Shown here one piece after another: positions 36,441-52,843 of a stretch of 64,000 bases of DNA. The notes beneath the pieces were generated by a model. The model made no database searches. It was not told where the DNA came from and saw only the letters and a list, made by a program, of their open reading frames with translations. The stretch covers positions 1 to 64,000 of the forward strand of contig NW_021832235.1 of the NCBI RefSeq assembly GCF_006345805.1, read 5' to 3'. Both the position numbers and the translations under genes were made by a program. The first letter of the stretch is position 1. Each line of letters begins with the position of its first letter. Origin of the DNA: Octopus sinensis. Lineage: Eukaryota.

Positions 36441-36654
36441 CGCCTACGTATGTATGTTTTCCAATTTCGTTTTCTTTTCTTTTGTGTACTGTAGTTTAAT
36501 GCCATAATCCTGCCTGGTAAGGCATTGTGGGACGTTGAATAAACTGTCGATTTTTTTATCAATATATTCGTCTTATCTCTGATTACAGGTATATTAGCTT
36601 TGTTTCCTTAGATATATTTTGATAGTATTGTAATTTCTATTAAATTATGTACTC

Positions 36655-37087
36655 TTTACTCTTTTACTTGTTTCAGTCATTTGACTGCGGCCATGCTGGA
36701 GCACCGCCTTTAGTCTGACAAATCGACCCCGGACTTATTCTTTGTAAGCCCAGTACTTATTTATCGGTCTCTTTTGCCGAACCGCTAAGTGACGGGGACC
36801 GTAAACACACCAGCATCGATTGTCAAGCCATGCTAGGGGGACAACACAGCAACACAAACTACCTACCCACATACACACACACCACTATATATATATATAT
36901 ATATATCTATGTGTGTGTGTGTGTGTGTGTGTACGATGGGCTTCTTTCAGTTTCCGTCTACCAAATCCACTCACACGGCAGGTCGGCTCGGGGCTATCGC
37001 AGAAGACCCTTGCCCAAGGTGACCCGCAGTGGGCCGAACCCGGCCCCATTGGTTGGTTAGCAAGCTACTTACCACACAGCCACTCCT
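36655..37087 (-). mobile_element. SINE family A
   Basis: Complete rc tail, TA/TG tract and head. Confidence 0.85.
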
Positions 37088-37641
37088 GTCGATTTTTTTT
37101 ATCAATATATTCGTCTTATCTCTGATTACAGGTATATTGGTTTTGTTTTCTTAGATATATTTTGATAGTATCGTAATTTTTATTAAATCCTGTAGTGTTT
37201 TTGTTTCGTTTTATTACTTGGTCTTTGTGTGGCTGTCAACGACAAAACCAAATTTATTGGATTCAGGAATATAACTTTTTAACCAATCAAAATTTAAATG
37301 AAATAAACTAATGATAGAGATAAACACACAAACAGGAACTCTGTATTTTCCCAACTTTGAAGGGAGATTTCCCTTTAGTACACACACACCTACTGCACAT
37401 TAAAAATTGCAAACACAATAACTGCTTCTGGCCCGTAATATTTCGAGTAAATAAGCCAACATGGAGAATCGCAATTTATCAACATTATCAGACAAAACAA
37501 ACGTGGGAGATAAATAGTTTGACGACATTATCAAACAATTCCCACGAGTGAGATGCAGTGTCTCCACCTTAGACACAAAAGTCTATTTACAAACTTTCCC
37601 TAAAAATATAGATACATGTATGTAATCATGACTAGGTACGA

Positions 37642-40600
37642 ACATACATACATACATACATACAGACATACATACATACAGACATACATACAGACATACA
37701 TAACAGAGACACAGACACAGAACATACATACATAACATACATACAGACAGACATAGATAGATACCATACATACAGACGACAGAAAGACATACATAACATA
37801 CATAACATACAAACATACAGACAGACAGAACATAGAGACATACAGACAGACAGACCTACATACAGACAGCATGCATACAACAGACACAGACAGACATACA
37901 TACAGACAGACATACAGGCATGCATAGAACCATACATACATACATACATTACAGACAGACATACAGACAGAACAGACAGACAGACATAAGACATACATAC
38001 AGACATACAGACATAACATACGGACAGACATACAACAGACATACAGACACACAGAACAGACAAACATACAGAGAGACAACAGAACATACATACATAACAT
38101 ACGTACATACAGAACGACATACAGAACAGACAGACATACAGACATACATACTAGAACATACATACATAACATACGACAGAACATACAGACAGAAACATAC
38201 ATACAGAAACATACAGACCAGACAAACATACAGACATAACATACAGACAGAACATACAGGACAGAACAGACATACAGAACGAAGACATACATAACAGACA
38301 TACAGAACATACAGACATGAACATACATACATAACATACATACATAACAGACATACAGACAGAACAGACATAAATAACAGACAGACATAACAGACATGAC
38401 ATAACATAACAACAAACATACATACATAAGACAGACGAAACATACATACATAACATACAGACATACAGATACAGACAGACAGAACATACAAACAGAACAT
38501 ACAGAACAGACATACATAACATACAGACAACAGAACATACAGACATAACATACATACATAACAGACAGACAGAACATACATCATAACATACATATATAAC
38601 ATACATACAGAACATACATAATAACATACATACATACATAACAGAACATACATAAAACATACAGACAGAACAGACAGAAGACATAACATACATACATAAC
38701 ATACATACAGAACAGACATACATAACATACAGACATAACAAGACATACATAACATACATACATCAGCATACATACATACAGAACATACGACAGAAAGACG
38801 ACAGAACAGACAGACAACATACAAGAACATAACATACATACATAACATACAGACAGACATAACATACATACAGAACAGACATACAGAACATAACATACAT
38901 ACATACATACAACATAGACATACATACAGACAGACAGACACACATACAGAACAGACATACATAACATACAAGCAGAACATACATACATAAGAACATACAG
39001 ACAGAACATACAGACATAACAGACAGGCATACATAAGAACAGACAGACATAACATACATGCATAACAGACAGACAGAAGTCAACATCAGGAAAACAGACA
39101 TACATAACAGATCAGATCAGACAGAACGAAATACAGAACAGACATACAGAACAGACAGACAGAACATACAGACGAACAGACAGAAGAAACATACAACCGA
39201 ACAGAAAGAAGAACAGACATACAGACAGACGACATAACATACAGAACAGACATGAACAGACAGACATAACAGACAGACAGGATCAGACAGACAGAACAGA
39301 CAGACAGAAAAAGACAGACGAACAGACAGACATAACAAGACAGACAGAACAGACAGACAGAAATAGACAGACAGAACAGACGACAGAAACAGACAGACAG
39401 AACAGACAGACAGAACAGACAGACAGACAGAACAGACAGACAGAAGGACAGACAGAACAGACTACAGACAGGAACAGACAACAGAAGCAGACAGCGAGAA
39501 CAGAACTATAGAACAGACAGACAGAACAGGACAGACAGAACATACAGACAGAGACATAAAGACATAACAGACAACACAAACAGACAGGACAGAAACATAC
39601 AGACAGAAAACCAGACAGAACAGACAGACAAAACAGGACAGACATAACATACATACATAACATGACAGAAATAACAGACAGAAGACAGAACAGACAGACA
39701 GAACAGACAGACAGAACAGACAGACATGAACAGACAGACGAACATACAGACAGACAGAACCACAGACATAACAGACAGACAGGGAAGCAGACATACAGAA
39801 CATACAGACAGAACAGACAGACCATAACAGTACAGACAGAACAACATACAGACAGAACATACATACATACAGAACAGACGAGACATAGACATACAGACAG
39901 AACAGACAGACAGAACAGACAGACATAGAACAGACAGACAGAGACAGAGACAGAACAACAGACAGAACAGGACATACATACAGAACATACAAGACATAAA
40001 GACATACAAAAGACAAACATACAGACAGACATACAGAACAGACAGACAGAACATACATACAGAAAAGACATACAAGAACAGACAGACAGAACAGACAGAC
40101 AGAACAGACATACATATACAGACAGACTAACAGCACAGCATGACAGAACAGACAGGACAGAGGACGCAGACATAACAGACATACAGAAAGGAACAGACAT
40201 ACACAGACAGACAGGACCATACAGAACTAACATACATACCGAACATACAGAACAGACAGACAGACAGAACAGAAGATACAGACAGAACAGACATACAGAA
40301 CATACAGACAGACAGAACAGACAGACAGAACATACAGACAGAACAGACCAGACAGACAGACAGAAGACATATCATAATCATACATACATAAAAAGACAGA
40401 CAGACAGAACAGACAGAAGATCAGAACAGTACATACAAACAGACAGACCATAACATACAGACTAGAAGAACATACAGACATAACAGACATACAGGAATAG
40501 AACAGAACAGACATAACAGACAGACAGACAGAACAGACAGACAGAACAGACAGACAGAACAGACATACAGAACATACATAAGAACATACAGACAGGAACA

Positions 40601-43600
40601 GACAGACAGAACATACAGACATAACATACATACAGAACAGACATACATAACAGATAAGACGAACATACAGGACATAACATACAGACAGAATCAGACATAC
40701 ATAAAAGACAGACAAAACAGAACAGACAGAACATACAGACATAACACAGCAGAACATACAGCACAGAACATACATACAGACATAACATACAGACATAACA
40801 TAATAGACAGACCCATACAGACAAAGACAGAACAGACAGACATAACATACAAAAAACATACATAAATACATAACAGACATACAGACACTACAACAGATAC
40901 CATACATACAAACATACATACAGAACAGACAGACATAACATACATACAGAACATACAGACGGAACATACAGGACAGAACATACATACAGAACATACGACA
41001 TAACATACAGACGAACTACATACATAACAGACAGACATAACGGAATACATAACAGACATACAGAAAATACATACAGACAGACAGAACAGACATAACAGAC
41101 ATACATAACAGACAGACAAACACCAGACAGAACAGACAGGGACAGAACAGACAGACAGAAGCAGACATACATAACATACATACAGACAGAACATACAATA
41201 CAGACAACATACATACATAACAGACAGACAGAACATACAGACAAAAGACAGACAGAACAGACAGCCAGACAGAACCGAAATACAGAACAGACGACATACA
41301 GACATACAGAAGACATACATACATACCAGACAGACAGAACAATACATACATAACATACATACAGACAGAACATACATACAGAACAGACATACAGAACATA
41401 CATACATAACAGACAGATACCAGACATAATAACAGACGGAATAACAACATAACATAAACATACATACAGACATTAAATAAACATACATACATAACATACA
41501 TACATAACAGACATAAAACAACAAAAAACATAGTAAGACATACATAACATACATAAATAAAACATACATACATAACATAATACATAACATACACACATAA
41601 CATACATACATTAACATACATACATAACATACATACATAACATACATACATACATAACCTACATACAGAACATACAAAATACAGAAACATACATACTAAC
41701 ATACAATACATACATAACATACATACGATAACATAATTACATAACATACATACCTACAAACATACATACATACAAATAACATACATACATAACATAATAC
41801 ATACATAACATACATACAAAGCATACATACATACATAACTACTAACATACATAACATACATACATAACATACATACATAACATACATACAGACATAACAT
41901 ACATACATACATAACATACCTACATAACATACATCATACATAACATACATACATACATAACATACATACATAACATACATACATAAACATACAACATAAC
42001 CTACATACATACATAACATACATACATAACATACATACATAACATAATACATAACATACATACATACATACATACATAACATACATACAAACATACATAC
42101 ATAACATACATACATAACATACATACATAACATACATACAGAACATACATACATAACATACAACATAACATACATACATAACATACATCTAACAACATAC
42201 ATAAAACATACATACATACATAACATACATACATACATACATACATAACATACCTACATAACATACATACATAACATACATACATAACATACTACATACA
42301 TAACATACATACATAACATACATACATAACAACATACATAACAAATACATACCTAACCACATACATAACATACATACAGTAAACATACATACTTAACTAC
42401 ATTAATAACATACATACATAACATACATACATAACAACATACATAACATACATACATAACATACATACATAACATACATACATAACAGATATAACATAAC
42501 ATACATACATACATAACATACATACATAATCATAATACATAACATACAGACATAACATACATACATAACATACATACATAACATACATACATAACATACA
42601 TACAGAACATACATACATAATAAAATACATACATACATAACATAATAACATACATACATACATACTACAACATACAATACATAACATACCTACATACATA
42701 CATACCATACATACATAACATACATCATACATAACATCACATACATAACATACATACATAACAACATACATACATAACATACATACATAACATACCATCA
42801 TACCATACATACATACATAACATACATACATAACATACATACATAAACATACTACATAACATACATACTAAACTACATACTACAACCTACATACATACAA
42901 CATACTAACATACATACATAACATACATACATAACATACATACATAACATACGACATAACATACATACATAACATACATACATACATAACATAACATACA
43001 TAACATACATACATACATACATACATAACATACATACATACATAACATACATACATAACATACATACATAACATACATACATAACATACATACATACATA
43101 CATACATACATACATACATAACATACATACATAACATACCTAATACAAACATACATCATAACATACATACTAATAACATACATACATACAACATAATACA
43201 TACATAACATACATACCTAACATACATACATAACATACAACATACATACCATTACCAGTACATACATAACATACATACATACATAATACATACATAACAT
43301 ACATAATAACATACACATCCATAACCTACATACATACATAATAACATAAAATAACATACATACATAACATACATTACATACATAACATAAATACATACAT
43401 AACATACATACATAACATACATACATAACATACATACATAATAACATACATAACAAACATACATACATAACATAACATACATACATAACATACATACATA
43501 CATAACATACATACATAACATACATACATAAAACATACATACATACATACAAACATACAATACATACATAACAAAACATACATACATAACATACATCATA

Positions 43601-46600
43601 CATAACATACATACATAAACATACATAACATAAACATACATACATAACATACATACATAACATACATACATAACATACATACATAACATACATACATAAC
43701 ATACATAACATAACATACATACATAAATACTACATAACATACATACATACATAACATACATACATAACATACATACATAACATACATACATACATGCACA
43801 CATACTATAACCTACATACATACATAACATACACATACATACATACATAACTACATACATAACATACATACATAACATACATACATAACATACCATACAT
43901 AACATACATAACATAACGATAACATACATACATAACATACATACATAACATACATACATAACATACATACAATAACATACATACATAACATACATACATA
44001 ACATACATACATAACATACATACATAAAATACATACATAACATACATACATATAATATACAGACATAAATCATACATAACATACATACATAACATAACAT
44101 ACATACAAACATACTACATAACATAAGACATAAAATACATACATAACATACATACATAACATACATACATACATAACATACATACACAGAACATACATAA
44201 CATACATACATAACATACATACCATAACTACCATACATAACATACATACATAAATAACAGACATACATAACATACATACATAACATACATACATAACATA
44301 CATACATACATAAACATAACACATACATAACATACATACATAACATACCTAACATAACATACCTAAAAGAACATACATACATACATAAATAAATACATAA
44401 CATACATACATAACATACATACATAACATACATACATAACATACATAACATAATCATACATACATAACATACATACATACATAACATACTACAATAACAT
44501 AATACATACATACCTAACATAACATAAATAACATACATACATACATAACATACATACCCATTAACATAACATACATACATAACATACCTACATAACATAC
44601 AACCTACATACATAACATACATACATACATAACATACAACATAACAGACATACATAACCCATACATACATAACATACATACATAACATACATAAATACAT
44701 CAAACATACAGACATAACTACATACATACATACATACATTACATACATACATAACATACAAAATACATAACATACATAAATACATACATAACATACATAC
44801 ATAACATACATACATAACATACATACATAACATACATACATAACATACATACATACATACACATTACATACACATACATACATACATACTACATAACATA
44901 ATACATAACATACATACATACATAACATACATAACATACTACATACATAACATACATACATAAAACATAATAACATACATACAAACATACATACATACAT
45001 AACATACCATACAACATACTACATACATAACATACATACCTAACATACATACATAAACATACATACATAACATACATACATACATACATACATAACGTAC
45101 ATAACAATAACATATCATACATAACATACATACATAACATACATACATAACATACATACATAACATACATACATAACATACATACATAACATACATACAT
45201 AACATACATACATAACATACATACATACATAACATACATACATAACATACATACATAACATACATACATAACATACATACATACATACCTAATAACATAC
45301 ATACATAACATACATACAACATAACATACATACCATACTAACATACATAAACAACATACACATAACATACATACATACATAATATAATACATAACATACA
45401 TACATAACATACATACATAACATACATACATAAATAAATACATAACATACAGACATACATACATACATACATAACATACATACATAACATACATACATAC
45501 ATACATCATACATAACATACATACATAACATACATACATAACATATACATACATAAATACATACATAACATACATACATAACATACATACATACAAACAT
45601 ACATACATAACATACATACATACATACATACATAACCATACATACATACATAACATACATACAAAACATACATACATAACATACATACATAACATACATA
45701 CATACATAACATACATACATACATACAACATACATACATAACATACATAAAATACATAACATACATACATACAAATACATACATACATAACATACATACA
45801 TAACATACCAGACATAACATACATACATAATAACATATAACATACATCATACATACATAACATACATACATAACATACATACATACATAACATACATACA
45901 TAACATACATACATAACATACATACATAACATACATACATACATAACATACATACATAACATACATACATAACATACATACATAACATACATACATAACA
46001 TACATACATACATAACATACATAACATACATACATACATAACATACATACATACATACATACATAAATAACATACATACATAACATACATACATAACATA
46101 CATACACATAACATACATAAACATACATACATACATAACATACATACAAAACATACATACATAACATACATACATAACATACATACATACATAAATACAT
46201 ACATAACATACAACATACATAACATACATACATAACATACATACATAACATACATAATAACATACATACATAACATACATACATAACATACATACATACA
46301 TAACATACATACATAACATAATACATAACATACATAAATAACATACATACATAACATACATACATAAAATACATACATACATAACATACATAACATACAT
46401 ACATAAAGACATACATAACATTACATACATACATAACATACATACATAACATACATACATAACATACATACATAACATACATACATAACATACATACATA
46501 ACATACATACATAACATACATACATACATAACATACATACATAACATACATACATAACATACATACATACATAACATACATACATAACATACATACATAA

Positions 46601-49600
46601 CATACATACATAACATACATACATAACATACATACATAACATACATACATAACATACATACATACATAACATACATACATAACATACATACATAACATAC
46701 ATACATACATAACATACATACATAACATACATACATAACATACATACATAACATACATACATAACATACATACATAACATACATACATAACATACATACA
46801 TACATAACATACATACATAACATACATACATAACATACATACATAACATACATACATACATAACATACATACATAACATACATACATAACATACATACAT
46901 AACATACATACATACATAACATACATACATAACATACATACATACATAACATACATACATAACATACATACATAACATACATACATAACATACATACATA
47001 ACATACATACAACATAACATACATACATAACATACATACATAACATACATACATAACATACATACATAACATACATACATACATAACATACATACATAAC
47101 ATACATACATACATAACATACATACATAACATACATACATAACATACATACATAACATACATACATACATAACATACATACATAACATACATACATAACA
47201 TACATACATACATAACATACATACATACATACATACCCCCCATACATAACATACATACATAACATACATACATAACATACATACATACCTACCATACATA
47301 CATAACATACATACATACATACAACATACATAACATACATACACATAACATACATAACATACATACATAACATACAATACATAACATACATACATACATA
47401 ACATACATACATACATAACATACATACATACATAACATACATACATAACATACATACATAACATACATACATAACATACATACATAACATACATACATAA
47501 CATACATACATACATAACATACATACATACATAACATACATACATAACATACATACATAACATACATACATAACATACATGCACACATACATACAAAATA
47601 CATACATACATAACATACATACATAACATACATACATACATAACATACATACATAACATACATACATAACATACATACATAACATACATACATAACATAC
47701 ATACATAACATACATACATACATAACATACATACATAACATACATACATAACATACATACATACATAACATACATACATAACATACATACATACATAACA
47801 TACATACATAACATACATACATAACATACATAACATACATACATACATAACATACATATAACATACATACATAACATACATACATAACATACATACATAC
47901 ATACATACATACATAACTACATACATTAACATACATAAATCATAACATACATACATTAACATACATACATACATAACATACATACATAACATACATACAT
48001 AACATACATAACATACATACATAACATACATACATACATACATACATACATAACTACATACATACATAACATACATACATACATAACATACAATACATAC
48101 ATAACATACATACATACATACATACATACATACATACGTACATACATACATACATAACATACATACATACATAACGTACATACATAACATACATACATAC
48201 ATAACATACATACATACATAACGTACATACATACATACATACAGACATACAAACATACATACATACATACATACAGACATGCATACATACATCACATACA
48301 TACAATACATACATACATACAGACATACATACGTACTACATACATACATTACATACGTACATACATACATACATACGTACATACATACATAACATACGAC
48401 ATACAGACATACCATACATACATACATACATACGTACATACATACATACAACATACATACATAATAACGTACATACATACATACATACAACATACAACAT
48501 ACATACATAACGTACATGACATAACATACATACAGCATACATACATAATAATACATACATACATACATACATCATACATGCCATACATACATACATACAT
48601 ACATACATAATACATCAACATACATACATACATACATACATACATTACATACATAAAACATAATACATAACATACCCTACCATACCATAACATACATACA
48701 TACATACATAATACATACAGGCATAAATAACCTACATACATACATACATACATACATATTACTAACGATACATACATACATACATACATACATACATACA
48801 TGCATACATACATACATACATACATACATACATACATACATACATGCCATACATACATACATACATACATACATTACAACATGCATACATACATACACAC
48901 ATACATACATATACATACATACATACATACATACATACGTACTACATACATACATACATACATACGTACATACATACATACATTACATCCATACATACAT
49001 ATATACATAACGTACATACATACATAACGTACATACATACATACATACATACATGCATCATACATACATACATACATACATACATACATACATACATACG
49101 TACATGCATACATACATACATACATAAATACATACAATAAATACATTTTACCCATACAAACATACATACATACATAAATCATACATACATAACATACATA
49201 CATACATACATACATACATACATAACATACATACATAACATACATACATACATACATACATACATACATACGTACATACATACATACATAACATACATAC
49301 ATACATAACGTACATACATGCATACATACATACATACATACATACATGCATACGTACATACATACATACGTACATACATACATACATACATACATACATA
49401 CGTACATACATACATACATAACATACATACATACATAACGTACATACATACATACATACATACATACATACATACATACATACATACGTACATACATACA
49501 TACATACATACATACATACATACATACATGCATACATACATACATACATACATACATACATACATACATAACACATACATACATACATACATACATACAT

Positions 49601-49920
49601 ACATACATACATAACATACATACATACATACATACATACATGCATACATAACATACATACATACATACATACATGCATACATAACATACATACATACATA
49701 CATACATACATGCATACATAACATACATACATACATACATACATACATACATACATAACACATACATACATTCATACATACATACATACATACATACATA
49801 ACACATACATACATACATACATACATACATACATACATACATACATAACATACATACATACATACATAACATACATACATACATAACATACATACATACA
49901 TAACATACATACATGCATAC
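37642..49920. repeat. 12.3-kb compound satellite of CATA/CATAA/CAGA/CAGAA units
   Basis: Continuous low-complexity array with zoned unit composition; all long ORFs here are C/M/Y/V-repeat artefacts. Confidence 0.97.
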
Positions 49921-49969
49921 GTACGTATGTAAATGAATATGTTGATGTTGATGTATTCTTCTATTATTC

Positions 49970-50177
49970 CTTTATTCTTTTATTTGTTTCAGTCATTTGA
50001 CTGCGGCCATGCTAGAGCACCGCCTTTAGTCGAGCAAATCGACGCCAGGACTTATTCTTTGTAAGCCTAGTATTTATTCTATGGGCTCTTTTGCCGAACC
50101 GCTAAGTTATCTTCAGTTGTCAAGAGATGGTGGGTGACGAATACAGACACAAACACACATACACACCCATACACACT

Positions 50178-50219
<42 letters not shown>

Positions 50220-50330
50220 GATGGGCTTCTTTCAGTTTACGTCTACTAAATCCACTTTGGTAGGGCCGAAGCTATGGAAGAAGACACTTCCCAAAGGTGC
50301 CACGCAATGGTGCCATGCAATGGGACTGAC
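49970..50330 (-). mobile_element. SINE family A, partly deleted
   Basis: GTTTCAGTCATTTGACTGCGGCC..GGGCTTCTTTCAGTTT..GAAGACAC. Confidence 0.75.
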
Positions 50331-50452
50331 TCATATATAAATACATACACATATAAGAGAGATATCTTTAATATATATATATGTATGTAGATATATATGA
50401 ATATTATATTTATATATATATACTTTATTGAAAAGCACCAGAAATATCACAA

Positions 50453-50496
50453 AATCTGTTACTCAGAGTTTCACGTTACCGTTCATGGGACAGATT
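50453..50496 (-). ncRNA. hammerhead motif, core mutated (CCCATGA)
   Basis: Minus strand: AATCTGT CCCATGA ACG-GTAA-CGT GAAA CTC-T-GAG TA ACAGATT. Confidence 0.6.
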
Positions 50497-50502
50497 ATAA
50501 AC

Positions 50503-50548
50503 AAAACTGTCCGACGAACGGGATCGTGAAACTCTGAGTAACAGTTTT
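50503..50548 (+). ncRNA. minimal type-I hammerhead motif (CCGACGA core)
   Basis: AAAACTGT CCGACGA ACG-GGAT-CGT GAAA CTC-T-GAG TA ACAGTTTT; 8-bp stem I; predicted cut after 50540. Confidence 0.75.
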
Positions 50549-51080
50549 TGTGATGTTTCTGCTGCTTTTTAATACAGCATATTACTCTACCTCTGGTATT
50601 CGAGTACTATTTTTTCCGCCTTGTTTCGCATTTATGTGCTTACTCCGGTATATAACAATATACGCACATACATATGTATTATTTTATTATTTTTATCATT
50701 TTATTATTTTTAATATTATAAAAACCAAATATAAATAGGAAATAGTGACATAACAAGGTACCAATTTTTGCTGGAAATAGTAGTCGATAACCGTACGACG
50801 CTATGTAAAGCTTTACTGGATGTTTGAGGCAAAGTTGTGTGCAGGCACCTTGTTGTACCGCTATTTCGTATTTATAATTCTACCTTTATGGTACTTTATT
50901 TTGCTAGAAAATAATACTATTGCATCGTAATAATATTTATAATTTGGATCGCTACATAGTGTTCGGAAATTCGATGTCGTACCTACAGAAATATATATAT
51001 ATAATACGTATGTATGTGTGTGTGTGTGTGTGTGTATATATGTAAATGAGCACACACACACACAGACACACAGACAGACA

Positions 51081-51114
<34 letters not shown>

Positions 51115-51405
51115 CATGTATATGACTTTCGAATGACCCGTTACTGCAGTATTCATCCCGACGTAACATCTCTTATGAACTTGTGAGTTAAAAACGTAAT
51201 AAACATGAGAAAGAGATGAAAATTCGCCTCAGCTATGGCCAGCGAGAGTGCCAAATGCATTTCGACATTTCAGAGCCCTTTTAGTGATAGGGACTCATGG
51301 CCAGTCACAAACTCAGACGGGAATTCGTCGTCTCTGATATAGAATTATGCATTTGCTGAATATATGCGTATATACGCACCCAGAAGGAAACGCATTTATA
51401 CATTG

Positions 51406-51802
51406 CTAGCAGTATCGCCCGGCATTGCTCGTGTTTGTAAGGGAAATAACTATATAAGCATTTTTAGAGAGTTTTAGCCAAAAAATAGCAAAAAAATGCA
51501 TTAAAAATGGAAAAAAAAATGATAGTAATTTTTTTTTAAATCGTTGACTCATCGCAGACTTTTAGAGAGTTACTTCTCTTATATAATAGCGAAAAAATGC
51601 ATTAAAATGGGAAAAAAATGATGGTAATTTTTTTTTTAAATCGTAGACTTATTGTAGACGCGCGCTAATACCCAGAAGAGCTCGATATGAATCACGACTA
51701 TAAGATACACGCTTTTGGTTAAACTGCACCGCAAAATGTGGGAGTAGTTAGGAATCTAAATCGTAGGAGACAGACACAGAACTTCACTTTTATATATAAA
51801 GA
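51406..51802 (-). mobile_element. non-autonomous Helitron, second copy
   Basis: Reverse complement of 25366-25768: A|TC start at 51802, CTAG end at 51406. Confidence 0.85.
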
Positions 51803-52629
51803 TATACATAAAAATACACTCGCGAGCGCGCACGCATGTGTATGTGTGAGTGTGTGAGTGTGTGTGTATCTGGTTTGGTATCAGAATATGCATAGGTGTT
51901 AGCGGTCATGAATTTTGGTGTTGACCCAGAACAGCGCTAAGTAAATCCTTCTCTTAGATGTATATTTCTGGTCGAATGGGCATTCTGCTGAGTGAATAGA
52001 GATACAGGTTTCAAAGGTTCGGAAGAAGAGAGATTTAGTTTAATAAGATTCCAGTTCGATAAATATTATGCAAGGTTAGGAGTTATTGAATAAGAAAGTT
52101 TTGTAGTATTTCTATTAACAAATATTTGTTATTAATGACACGGACTAAACTACTTTAGTAATAGGTTTATGAATTTAGCCACAGAGCAGAAGACTTCTTA
52201 ACTGAACGGAAGTTTGATTCAATTAAAATGGTGTGGTGAGGTGGGGTGGTCTACTTTTTATCATATTTTCTCACGATTCCTCCTTAATCGAATCCCAAAC
52301 AAATTTCTTCATGCTTGAGCAAGCATTCTAAAACGTTTCCACAATTCAAAACTTTCATACTCCTTATAATTAATATAAATCGTTGAGAGTAACTTCCCTT
52401 TTAATGCTCTTCAGACATTATACTTTCCACATTATCACTTCATAAAGGAAATTTATATATTTTTTCTTTATTTCAATTCTAAAGGTATTTTCTACTAAAT
52501 TACCACTCTCTCTCAAATTAATATACTTTTAGCATACTTTCTCCCCCTCTCTTTTCTCTTCTTATGTAGTTTACTATTCACATCCATGCAACTATATAAA
52601 TATTAAGTCTGAAACTAGAAAACAAACAG

Positions 52630-52843
52630 ATCCGAAGCTGATCTGGATTAAAGAAGGGATGCCACTGAGAAGGTCACAGATGGGGATGAAAGAACTTTGA
52701 CAAACTCAGCTGTTTGATTAACTGAATGGTTAAGCAAACAATCGATTAGTGAGTTGGCTAAACATCTGATGGACTCACGAATAGTAATAAGGAAGTGCAA
52801 CTGAACCAGTGTGAAAGTTTATTATTGGCGTAATGACCCTCCC
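52630..52843 (+). pseudogene. frameshifted paralog of the 30190-30400 segment
   Basis: AG|ATCCGAAGC[11-nt insertion]AAAGAAGG..: DPKQRRDATEKVTDGDERTLTNSAV*, then shared downstream blocks TAAGGAAGTG..GAACCAGTG..TTATTATT..GACCCTCCC. Confidence 0.45.

Larger units (their letters stand above)
50423..50652. mobile_element. short element with two head-to-head hammerhead motifs
   Basis: Inverted partial duplication; homologous to 28585-28749; (TA)n flanks. Confidence 0.8.

Noticed and set aside
37583-49914. Many long ORFs (up to 797 aa) rich in C/M/Y/V
   Set aside because: Translation artefacts of the CATA/CAGA satellite, which lacks stops on the minus strand.
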